Of a stretch of 64,000 nucleotides of DNA, positions 30,388 to 39,460 are shown in pieces (within the stretch, counting starts at the first letter, position 1; each line of letters starts with the position of its first letter). The notes beneath the pieces were generated by a model. It made no database searches. It saw nothing but the letters and a program-made list of their open reading frames with translations, and had not been told where the DNA came from. The position numbers and the translations under genes are program-made. Source of the stretch: Candidatus Poribacteria bacterium (GTDB lineage: Bacteria > Poribacteria > WGA-4E > WGA-3G). Location of the stretch: positions 384,001 to 448,000 of the forward strand of contig CAXXLX010000001.1 in the NCBI GenBank assembly GCA_963665235.2, written 5' to 3'.

Positions 30388-30780
30388 CTAAGCAGTGCAA
30401 AGCGTAACTTGTGCAACAGCATAATCAACAGCGTGCGATAAACTGACGAAGGAGGTGACAATGCCTAATTCAGCGGCGTAACGTTTAACTTCTCCGTGCA
30501 AAACAAGTATAGGTTTGCCAGCAACGTTCGCTCGAATTTCTACATCCTGCCACGACATGCCTGCTATTAAGCCGGTGCCGAGTGCCTTGAGTGTTGCCTC
30601 TTTCGCAGCAAAGCGGGTGGCGAGCCGGGCATATCGTATCGGTGTCTCACCACAATAGGCGCGTTCATAGGGTGTATAGACCCGCTGCTCAAACCGAGCC
30701 CCCCATTGAAGAGAGATACGCCGGATACGTTCTATCTCAATAATATCAATACCAATTCCTTGAATGTGTTGTTGAGACAT
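30388..30780 (-). CDS. acpS: Holo-ACP synthase
   Basis: GIGIDIIE, RFAAKEA.LKALGTG and SLSH motifs. Confidence 0.95.
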   Translation of the reverse strand: MSQQHIQGIGIDIIEIERIRRISLQWGARFEQRVYTPYERAYCGETPIRYARLATRFAAKEATLKALGTGLIAGMSWQDVEIRANVAGKPILVLHGEVKRYAAELGIVTSFVSLSHAVDYAVAQVTLCTA

Positions 30781-30804
30781 CAGTTTCTTTAAATCGTTTT
30801 CCGC

Positions 30805-31632
30805 TTACCGGTAAAGGACATCGGTCATTTTTGCAGCGCGGGCGGTCGCCTGTACATCATGGACGCGGACAATATCTGCCCCATGCGCGATTGCCCAACA
30901 CACTGTTGCCACAGTCCCTTCAACCCGCTCCGCTATAGGGAGGTTTAGCACGTTGCCGATAAAGGATTTCCGGGACGTACCAATTAATAACGGTGTGTCT
31001 AAACGTTTGAATATGTCAAGGTGCCTTAGAATCTCTAGATTGTGTTCTGTTGTTTTGCCGAACCCGATGCCGGGGTCAACGATTATTTTGTCCGGGGCGA
31101 TGCCGTGTTGCGTTGCGGCGCGGATACGTTCTGCTAATGTGTCGTAAATCTCTTTGATGGTATTGTCATAATGTGGGGCGCGCTGCATTGTGCGCGGTGT
31201 CCCCTTTATATGCATGAGAATGATACCGGCATCCATTTCCGCAGCGACGTGTGCCATGGCGGTATCCCCCTGGAGGGCTGTGATGTCGTTGATGATGTGT
31301 GCACCCGCTTCAAGGGTGCGTTGTGCCACCACTGCTTTCGTGGTATCAATAGAGAGCAGTGCATCAATTCCTTCGGATGCAAGGGCACGGATAACAGGTA
31401 ACACGCGCTCCAATTCTTCATCAACGGACACAGGCATTGCCCCCGGGCGAGACGATTCTCCACCGATATCGATTAGCGTCGCGCCTTCGGCTACCATCTC
31501 CTTCGCGTGCGTTACCGCGGCTTCAACAGTGAGGTATGCCCCGCCATCTGAAAAGGAATCCGGTGTGACGTTCAAGATTCCCATAATATGGGTGCATTCC
31601 CCGAAATTGAGCGATTTCCCCCGGCAGTTCAT
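30805..31632 (-). CDS. folP: Dihydropteroate synthase
   Basis: [33 protein letters not shown] and RVHDV motifs. Confidence 0.96.
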   Translation of the reverse strand: MNCRGKSLNFGECTHIMGILNVTPDSFSDGGAYLTVEAAVTHAKEMVAEGATLIDIGGESSRPGAMPVSVDEELERVLPVIRALASEGIDALLSIDTTKAVVAQRTLEAGAHIINDITALQGDTAMAHVAAEMDAGIILMHIKGTPRTMQRAPHYDNTIKEIYDTLAERIRAATQHGIAPDKIIVDPGIGFGKTTEHNLEILRHLDIFKRLDTPLLIGTSRKSFIGNVLNLPIAERVEGTVATVCWAIAHGADIVRVHDVQATARAAKMTDVLYR

Positions 31633-33548
31633 GCGAAAGATTTGGCGGGCGGCTGCGGCCGCGGGCCGAGAATTTCTTCAATTTCTTCGGTGATGAGTGT
31701 TTCACGCTCCAACAGCGCATCGGCAAGTTTCTTCAACCCATCAAGGTTCGTCTCTAAAATCTCCTTCGCCCTTTGATAACACTCCATCACAATATCGTGA
31801 ACAGCCTTATCAATTGCAATGGCAGTTTGTTCACTGTAATCTTTATGAACAGCCAGCTCCTTGCCGAGGAAGACCTGTTCATCCCTGCGGCCGTAGGTTA
31901 AGGGCCCCATCGGGCTCATCCCCCACTGCGTGACCATTCTTCGGGCGAGGTTTGTTGCCTGTTCGAAATCGTTTTGCGCGCCAGTTGTCTGTTCACCGAA
32001 GATGATTTCTTCCGCGACGCGCCCGCCGAGTGCAAAAATAATATGAGCGAGAAGCCCCTTCTTACTCATGTTATGCCGCTCCTCAAGCGGAAGCTTGGCG
32101 GTTACGCCCAATGCTCGCCCGCGCGGGACAATCGTACATTTATAGTTCGGGTCGCTTTCAGGCACGAAATGAAGCATGAGCGCATGTCCAGCCTCATGAT
32201 AGGCGGTAATCTGCCGCTCATCATCGCTGATGACAAGACTTCGACGTTCCGGGCCCATGAGCACCCGGTCTTTTGCCTCATCAAAACAGCTCATGTCGAT
32301 GTTTTCTTTGTCAAGTTTGGCGGCGAGTAGTGCGGCTTCATTGGCCATGTTTTTCAGGTCAGCCCCGGAGAATCCGGGAGTCGCTTTCGCCAAAATTTCT
32401 AAATTGACATCGTCAGAGAGCTTATAGGGCTCTTTTGTGTGGACACCCAGAATCGCTTCCCGTCCGCGAACATCGGGTAAATCGACGACAATCTGCCGAT
32501 CGAATCTTCCCGCCCTTAGCAGGGCAGGGTCAAGCACATCGGGTCTATTTGTAGCAGCGATGAGAATAACGCCCTCGGAGGCTTCAAAACCTTGCATCTC
32601 AACGAGCAGGGCATTTAAGGTCTGCTCACGCTCATCATGACCGCCTCCGATACCTGCGCCGCGATGCCGTCCGACAGCGTCAAGTTCATCAATAAAAATA
32701 ATGCATGGCGCGTTTTTCTTACCCTCTTCAAACAGGTCACGGACGCGGGACGCGCCTACACCTACAAACATCTCCACAAAGTCGGAACCGCTAATCGTAT
32801 AAAACGGCACATCCGCTTCGCCTGCAACCGCCTTGGCAAGCATCGTTTTTCCAGTTCCAGGGGGACCGACAAGCAGGACACCTTTCGGAATTGTACCCCC
32901 AAGCCGTTTAAATTTACTCGGTGCCTTTAAAAATTGAATGACCTCTCCAAGGGCCTCCTTTGCCTCATCAACGCCAGCGACATCTTCAAACGTCACCCGC
33001 GTACCATCGTCAGAATGAAGTTTGGCACGACTCTTGCCAAACGAAAGGGCACGGTTACCGCTGCCTTGCATCTGCCGAGAAAGAAAAATCATCAGCCCTA
33101 AGAAGATTAACAACGGCACTACCGTCGTGCCGAAAACAAGTAACCATTGTGGAAAATCGGAAGCAGGCTTATTCCTAAAAGGAATCCCTTTCTCGTAGAG
33201 CTTTTTCTCAAGCTCGTCACCATGGGTCGCATCGCGACTGACTTTAAAAACCCCCTTCCACTTCGGGGGCACCGTTATCTCCTTATGCCCACTCCAGTCC
33301 TCACGTAGCCTATCCACTTGGGCACTGTGAAACTTACCTTCAACCCATTCCGTATCCAGAACAAGATAGCCATCAAAGATGGTCTCTTCGTCTATATATT
33401 GATAAAAATCAAATATTGGCAACTTGCAAACCTGGTCACTATTATTGATAAGTTGATAGATAACGACAACGATAACCAAGCCTAAAATAAACCACATGAA
33501 CATGTTTTTTGTGTTCTTGTTCACAATCAATTGCCTCACTTGTTTCAT
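31629..33548 (-). CDS. ftsH: ATP-dependent zinc metalloprotease
   Basis: Two transmembrane helices, [17 protein letters not shown] and HEAGH. Confidence 0.97.
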   Translation of the reverse strand: MKQVRQLIVNKNTKNMFMWFILGLVIVVVIYQLINNSDQVCKLPIFDFYQYIDEETIFDGYLVLDTEWVEGKFHSAQVDRLREDWSGHKEITVPPKWKGVFKVSRDATHGDELEKKLYEKGIPFRNKPASDFPQWLLVFGTTVVPLLIFLGLMIFLSRQMQGSGNRALSFGKSRAKLHSDDGTRVTFEDVAGVDEAKEALGEVIQFLKAPSKFKRLGGTIPKGVLLVGPPGTGKTMLAKAVAGEADVPFYTISGSDFVEMFVGVGASRVRDLFEEGKKNAPCIIFIDELDAVGRHRGAGIGGGHDEREQTLNALLVEMQGFEASEGVILIAATNRPDVLDPALLRAGRFDRQIVVDLPDVRGREAILGVHTKEPYKLSDDVNLEILAKATPGFSGADLKNMANEAALLAAKLDKENIDMSCFDEAKDRVLMGPERRSLVISDDERQITAYHEAGHALMLHFVPESDPNYKCTIVPRGRALGVTAKLPLEERHNMSKKGLLAHIIFALGGRVAEEIIFGEQTTGAQNDFEQATNLARRMVTQWGMSPMGPLTYGRRDEQVFLGKELAVHKDYSEQTAIAIDKAVHDIVMECYQRAKEILETNLDGLKKLADALLERETLITEEIEEILGPRPQPPAKSFA

Positions 33549-33838
33549 TAAAATTTAATTCAGCTCCTGCAGCTTACGGCATACTTACATTCGGAACCGA
33601 TACCTAATTGAGCATGCCCAGGCAATTTCTAGCGGTAACCTCAACTTCCTCGTTACGCGTTTGCCTTCGGAAAAATGTTTTGAAACTTTATCACGTAAAT
33701 TATAACACACTTTTTGATTAATAGCAACTGAATTTTTAAAAAAATGGACATTTACACACCTACTCCAAATTTTTAGTTGACAAGGCACAATTCCTTAAGG
33801 TATACTTAAATTAAAACTACGCCAAAAGGAGAAAAATT

Positions 33839-34549
33839 ATGAAATTACGTACATACATGCTCTTGACCGGCATACTTTTGCTGGCAGCGATGTCGTACGC
33901 TTTAGCGCATCTTACCGGTGAAAAACTTCAAAATTTTCAATATAACGCAGAACTTGTTCCTGTCGCACCTATCGTGGATGGATACCTTGATGATCCGGTT
34001 TGGGAAAATATACCTGCAGCAAAACTCAATCAGGAACTGATAAGCGGGTTCGAATGGCCAGACTCCGAGGATTTTACTGGCTCCTTCAAAGCTGTTTGGC
34101 GTAGCGGCTACCTTTATGTCGCCGTGAAACTAACCGATAATCAGCTCGAAAAACATCAGTCTAAACTTTTTCCGGAAGACACGCTCGTCATCTATATTGA
34201 CCCATACCACACGGGACGAAAAGATGAACGGAACCGCTATGAAATCCCTATTGGCGAAGAGATGAACGTCCTGAAAGACCCGCTGACGCTCGTGGCCTGG
34301 GGAAGCGATAAGCAAACTTGTGAATTAAGCTTCCGACTTAACGGAATCGCTAATAAGGGTAATAGTATCGGTTTCAGCATCGAATATAATGACGTGGACA
34401 GCGGTCTCTTGCAAAATAAAATTGCCTGGGCACCGCCAGGTTACACAGAGGAAAACGACCTCCTCCCCGATATCGTTTTCACTGCAAAAATTAATCCGAA
34501 TACAGAACAAAAATTAATCCGATGGGGACAAATCAAAAGGGTTTACTAG
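33839..34549 (+). CDS. Secreted CBM9/DOMON-like sugar-binding protein with a WGQIK tail
   Basis: Signal peptide, PIVDGYLDD..W and YND.D motifs, C-terminus KLIRWGQIKRVY. Confidence 0.7.
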   Translation: MKLRTYMLLTGILLLAAMSYALAHLTGEKLQNFQYNAELVPVAPIVDGYLDDPVWENIPAAKLNQELISGFEWPDSEDFTGSFKAVWRSGYLYVAVKLTDNQLEKHQSKLFPEDTLVIYIDPYHTGRKDERNRYEIPIGEEMNVLKDPLTLVAWGSDKQTCELSFRLNGIANKGNSIGFSIEYNDVDSGLLQNKIAWAPPGYTEENDLLPDIVFTAKINPNTEQKLIRWGQIKRVY

Positions 34550-34578
34550 GTTGCTGCCCCAAATAACGACCGTGACCC

Positions 34579-34785
34579 ATGCTGATAAAAAGTGAGGAAC
34601 AGGTGTACTATATAGGTAAAACTCTGGAGCTAATGGGCATAGCATGCCTCGGCGCAGGACTCTACTTAGGCTGTGCAAATCCGTACGGTTATAGTGAGGC
34701 AAAAGCGATGGGTGTCGAAATTGGGTTCATGACGGTCGGTATCCTCATTTTTTTTGTCGGGCGACTCATTGAGAAACGTTTTTAG
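34579..34785 (+). CDS. Small two-helix membrane protein
   Basis: 68-aa ORF with two hydrophobic segments. Confidence 0.6.
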   Translation: MLIKSEEQVYYIGKTLELMGIACLGAGLYLGCANPYGYSEAKAMGVEIGFMTVGILIFFVGRLIEKRF

Positions 34786-34957
34786 CACGTCTTTTGATAG
34801 GCGCGGTTTCAAATCGCGCCTATCAAGGTTTGGACAATTTATACGCTATGAGCGGCAGGTTCACAAGAGGGCTCTTCTAATCGGGCAGGGAGACCCGGCC
34901 CCTATGGACATTAACCAAAACTTTACACACTCACCTTTTTTTCTTTGATATCTTTCA

Positions 34958-35677
34958 GGAATGTGTTGATGCAACGCTTGCCGCTCCCGTCGACCAAGGG
35001 ACACGAGCAGATTTGCTTTACGGCATCTCCGTCTTCGGCGGCGTAGTGCATGATTCTCAACTATTTGATAGAAATATACCGGAGGAGATTATGATAGAAT
35101 CTAAAACTTACCAACGACAACGCGAACGAATTATCCGAGAAAATACTGTTAAACACATCTTGGCATTATTGAAGATGAGATTCCGGGCAGAGGCAGTGGA
35201 TGCTTTACAAACTATCGAGGCGTGCCTCAACGTATCCATTAAAACGCTATAGTCAAGTGGTAGTTTCTATAGCTATGCTCCCCAAGGGTTGGGTTCATGC
35301 GGGTATCGTGATCGGGATGGGGCAATATACACTCCGAAAGGACTTACCTGTTTTGCAAAAATCAGGTCAAGTAAACAGAAAGTGCGAGTTCTGTTGAACG
35401 AAGCAGCACAGTTTGCGAGGAGCGCCTACGGGAAACTTGTGGCGAAAAAACAACCCGATGGGGGAAATCTAAAACGAATAGGAGCGGTGTTTCCTCCCCC
35501 GCATAAATGCTGGGGGTTTCCACACCGAATATTTTGATGAGATTCCGGGCAGAGGCAGTGGATGCTTTACAAACTATGCTGCTAAACATTACAGATTTGC
35601 AAAAATTGGAGGATTTGCATCTCGCAGCAGCAAGAGTGCCAAACATCGACGCGTTTGCAAAAATGCTACACGAATAG
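34958..35677 (+). pseudogene. Rpn/YhgA-like (DUF4351-type) C-terminal fragment interrupted by a ~320-bp insert
   Basis: Reads ECVDATL..IPEEIMIESKTYQRQRE..MRFRAEAVDALQT, then resumes after the insert as MLLNITDLQKLEDLHLAAARVPNIDAFAKMLHE*. Confidence 0.65.
35216..35536 (+). mobile_element. Degenerate IS200/IS605-family (probably IscB-type) remnant
   Basis: End hairpin CGGTGT..CCCCCGCATAAATGCTGGGGG..ACACCG followed by TTTTG|ATGA; flanked by a 42-bp direct repeat. Confidence 0.55.
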
Positions 35678-35802
35678 CAGCCTTTGCGCGTGTTGATGGG
35701 CAGATGCGGTCCGTTGTATAGACCCGTATACTGGGGGGACTTATGCTCGAATCCAAAACTTACCAACGACAACGCGATGGAATAGCACTATATTTCGCGG
35801 GG

Positions 35803-36040
35803 AGTAGGGGCTCCGCAACAGCTGGAACCCCTACTACAAACTACACACGACTGCATCCCTCCAGCACACAGACTAAAACATCGCGTGCAAAGCACGCTCT
35901 CGCGGAGCGGGCTGCTTGCCCGAATACTAGAAGAACGGAAAACGTACGCCCCGTAATATCGCGTGCACAGCACGCTCCTACATAAGAACAGAAATGAAAC
36001 CACACAATATCGCGTGCACAGCACGCTCCTACATAAGAAC
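35803..36040. repeat. GTAG-REP cluster downstream of the tricorn gene
   Basis: 35-bp direct repeat AATATCGCGTGCACAGCACGCTCCTACATAAGAAC at 35955 and 36006, a partial copy near 35880, and hairpin GTAGGGG..CCCCTAC at 35803. Confidence 0.75.
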
Positions 36041-36050
36041 GGAAAATGCA

Positions 36051-39000
36051 CTATTCCACTTTCGGTAAGGTTGGCAGTGTGAGTCGCGGGCGTTCGCCGA
36101 AATCGGGGAGTTGGGGTGGATTGTCCGCCATCTCCTGTAGGAGCTCCGCAATTGCTCGGTCAAGTTGCGGGTCGCAACCATCGGCATAATCCTGCGGGCG
36201 GTAATCGACCTCAATGTCCGGGTCGGTGCCGTAGTTCTCGACACGCCATCCGACATCAACGAACCAGAAAGAGTACTCAGGTTGTGTTGTTCGACCACCA
36301 TCTACAAATGCTTGATGTGGCGAGATACCGATAACACCGCCCCACGTTCGTTTTCCGATAAGTTTGCCGAGTTTCATTAGTTTGAAACAGTGCGAGAAAA
36401 TGTCACCATCTGAGCCAGCATTTTCGTTAGTGACAGCTACCATCGGGCCCAGGACCGAAGCATCCGGATAAGGATGCGGTGTACCCCAGCGTGGGACATC
36501 ATATCCGATGCGGCGGCGTGACAATTTCTCCAAAATGAGTTGTGAGACGTGTCCCCCGCCATTGTAACGGACATCAATTAGCAGTGCGGGATAGCTGACT
36601 TCAGCGAGGAAACCACGATGAAACTCTGCATAGCCGCGCCCCATCATGTCGGGAATGTGTACGTATCCGACCTTACCATCAGTCTTTTCGTGGACGTACT
36701 GCCGATTTCGCGAGACCCATTCGCGATACCGGAGTTCCCGTTCTCCCCGTAGCACCTTGAGCGTGACAACGTGTTTCTCGTCATTTTCAGCGCGTTGGAA
36801 CGTCGCTTGAACTTCCTGCCCCGCAAGATTGACGAGGAGTTCACCGGGGGTGACGGTTTTGCTGACGTTTTGTCCGCCGATAGCGAGGAGAATGTCCCCT
36901 TTTTTGACGTTAATCCCCGGTGCGTTGAGTGGGGAGTCTTTTGTCCTTTCCCATGCGTCTCCGTTTGGGATGTGTGTGATACGATATCCGTTGGTTTCTT
37001 CATCGTAAGCGAAATCTGCTCCGATAAACCCGATTGCATAATTTGGGGAGCTGCGGTAATCTCCGCCGGATTCGTAGGCGTGGGATGTGCCGAGTTCTCC
37101 CTGCATCTCCCACATGAGGTCAGAAAATTCGGCGCGGGTTGCCACCCGTGATAGGAGCGGCAAGTACCGTTGATAAACATTTTCCCAATCTACGTCGGAC
37201 ATATCCTCAGTCCAGAAGTAATCTCGCTGCAGTCGCCATGCTTCACGGTACATCTGGTGCCATTCAGCAGTAGGGATGATGGCGGCTTTGACACGGTTGA
37301 GGTCAATCCACCCTGTGTGTCGGTTTGCGGCTCCGCCTTTGTTATCCTTTGCATCATCTTCAGCCTTCTTTCCTGCTTTGATAACGCGTAGCTTGTCGCC
37401 GGTGCGATATACGAGGGTTTTGGCATCTCGGGAGAGTTGGAAGTTATCAATGCCCGCGACGAGCACCTCCTTTTTCTGTTCCTTGAAATCGTAGACGTGG
37501 AGTTTGCCCTTGGTGTTGGCTGTATCCTCAGTATCGGGGGCATTAAGTGTGTGTCGGACCGGAAAAGAGGTGAAGATAACTTTGCCTTCAATGCCATCAA
37601 TTTGTCCGTACCGTCCATGTGGGTAGGGGAAAGCGATAACGCGTTGCATGATGCCCTCAAGTTCAATAGTAATCGGTTTCCGCTTCTTTTTCTCTTTTTC
37701 ATTAGATTTCTCGTCCTTCTTTTCTGCGGATTTCTCCTCCTTCTCCTTGTCCTCCTTGTCCTTGTCCTTTTCATCTTCAAGCGGTCGGGGTTCAGGAATG
37801 AACGGGTTCCGTAATTCTTTCTGCAATGTGACGAGCAGAGGGCGTGTCGCTGTGGGGAATCCGAGGTCAAAGTGGAGCGCATCATATACAGGGTTGAATT
37901 CGCGAGCGGAGAGAAAATAGAGGTATTTCCCCTCTGGGTCCCACGCAGGTGAGAAATCGTTGAATTCCGGATGGGTGACGAACGTCGTTTCGCCAGTCTC
38001 GACGTTGCACAGTTTAATGGAGGATGTCGTCTCAGTTGCAGGAAAACTGTATGCAATCCACTTGCCATCGGGTGACCATGTTGCGCCTTGGATACGGTTG
38101 TAGTGGCTTTTGTCAAGTACGCGAAGCTCCTGCGTTTCCAATTCGATGTGTAGCAGTTCGAAGCGGTGATTGACGATGAGGAGTTGGTCTTTCAAGTCAT
38201 CACCCTTCGGACAAACTGAAAGCTGGCGGACATGTCCGATGTCAAGGGTGGATAGGCGTTGGACTTCAGCACTACCATCGCAGGTATGGATTTCGAGGGC
38301 TTCTTCGCCATCAGCATCGGAGAGGGTGAGGATACGTTTTCCGTCGTTAAGCCAATGCGTCCTTCGGTATCGGGTGCCGTTGCGTTCACCGTGCTGTAGG
38401 ACTGCGCCCTCCCAATTTGACATCGTAAACGGTTTACCGCGGACAGTGAGGGATAGTGCCTGGCCGTCGGGAGTAGGTGCATATTCTTGCAAATATTTTG
38501 ACGTGCTAACGAATTTGCGTTGTCTCTGGACGCGCGGGCTCCGAAATTCAACGTTCACCAGATAATTTGTATCGTTTTCAATTTCATAGATGTGGAGTTC
38601 TGCCCCAGCATGGTAAGCGATACGGGTTCCATCGGTTTGTGCGGCGCGACAGTAGTAGGTTTCCTGATGTGTGTGACGTTGCATATCTTCGCCGGTGGGG
38701 AGGCAGGAATAGATATTACCAATACCTTCGTGGTCGGAGATAAAATAGATGCGTTCCCCAATCCACATCGGTGTGGTGAAGTTGCTATTGACAGGTGCAA
38801 GTGGCTGAAATTGTCCATCTCCATCTGTATCTATCCAAAGTTGTCCCGCAGTGCCGCCACGGTAACGTTTCCATCGTGCGGGGTCGCGTGTCAATCGTCC
38901 GAGAACAACGCCACCAGCATCCCCGAAGGCGATGTGGTTAGCGGGGCCGTAGGGTAGACGTTGCGGTTCGCCCCCCTCAGTGGAGATTTGCCATATCCAT

Positions 39001-39332
39001 GCGCCGAATGCTGTCCCTGCGCCGCTACTATAGAGAATATTTTGTCCATCGGCATCCCATCCGATGATGTCCGCGCTGCTTCCTTGATAGGTGAGCCGTT
39101 TTGCCTCGCCGCCGAGGGCAGGCATGAGGTAAACTTCTGAGGGGCCCTCTTCTCGTCCTGCAAACGCAAGCTGTTCTCCATTCGGAGATAAGCGTGGTGT
39201 GCTGGTGGCACCGAGGTTTGAGGTAAGTCGGCGAGCAACACCCCCGCTGATTGGAACTGTCCACAGGTCGTCCTCACAAACGAACACGAACGTTTCTTGA
39301 TAAATTGTTGGAAATCGATAGTATCCTGACAT
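36051..39332 (-). CDS. tri: Tricorn protease (S41 family), no signal peptide
   Basis: EDDLW, WKRYRGGTAG, GELGTSH (His), PDZ domain, AGSDGD (Ser) and GKRTWGG. Confidence 0.95.
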   Translation of the reverse strand: MSGYYRFPTIYQETFVFVCEDDLWTVPISGGVARRLTSNLGATSTPRLSPNGEQLAFAGREEGPSEVYLMPALGGEAKRLTYQGSSADIIGWDADGQNILYSSGAGTAFGAWIWQISTEGGEPQRLPYGPANHIAFGDAGGVVLGRLTRDPARWKRYRGGTAGQLWIDTDGDGQFQPLAPVNSNFTTPMWIGERIYFISDHEGIGNIYSCLPTGEDMQRHTHQETYYCRAAQTDGTRIAYHAGAELHIYEIENDTNYLVNVEFRSPRVQRQRKFVSTSKYLQEYAPTPDGQALSLTVRGKPFTMSNWEGAVLQHGERNGTRYRRTHWLNDGKRILTLSDADGEEALEIHTCDGSAEVQRLSTLDIGHVRQLSVCPKGDDLKDQLLIVNHRFELLHIELETQELRVLDKSHYNRIQGATWSPDGKWIAYSFPATETTSSIKLCNVETGETTFVTHPEFNDFSPAWDPEGKYLYFLSAREFNPVYDALHFDLGFPTATRPLLVTLQKELRNPFIPEPRPLEDEKDKDKEDKEKEEKSAEKKDEKSNEKEKKKRKPITIELEGIMQRVIAFPYPHGRYGQIDGIEGKVIFTSFPVRHTLNAPDTEDTANTKGKLHVYDFKEQKKEVLVAGIDNFQLSRDAKTLVYRTGDKLRVIKAGKKAEDDAKDNKGGAANRHTGWIDLNRVKAAIIPTAEWHQMYREAWRLQRDYFWTEDMSDVDWENVYQRYLPLLSRVATRAEFSDLMWEMQGELGTSHAYESGGDYRSSPNYAIGFIGADFAYDEETNGYRITHIPNGDAWERTKDSPLNAPGINVKKGDILLAIGGQNVSKTVTPGELLVNLAGQEVQATFQRAENDEKHVVTLKVLRGERELRYREWVSRNRQYVHEKTDGKVGYVHIPDMMGRGYAEFHRGFLAEVSYPALLIDVRYNGGGHVSQLILEKLSRRRIGYDVPRWGTPHPYPDASVLGPMVAVTNENAGSDGDIFSHCFKLMKLGKLIGKRTWGGVIGISPHQAFVDGGRTTQPEYSFWFVDVGWRVENYGTDPDIEVDYRPQDYADGCDPQLDRAIAELLQEMADNPPQLPDFGERPRLTLPTLPKVE

Positions 39333-39460
39333 CTACACCTCCGGTTGTCGGGTTTGGTTTATTAAGGGTAAAAAAATAGGTAAGGCGAGGCCTGAAAACC
39401 TCGCCCTACAAATAGGAACGCGCTGATGTGCCTTACAGGTTACAGCGTGTGCGGCTGCGA

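Noticed and set aside
33640-33690. c-di-GMP-I riboswitch upstream of ftsH
   Set aside because: Only the GGCAAAC start matches; no GNRA-loop P2 or GACGCAAAG junction
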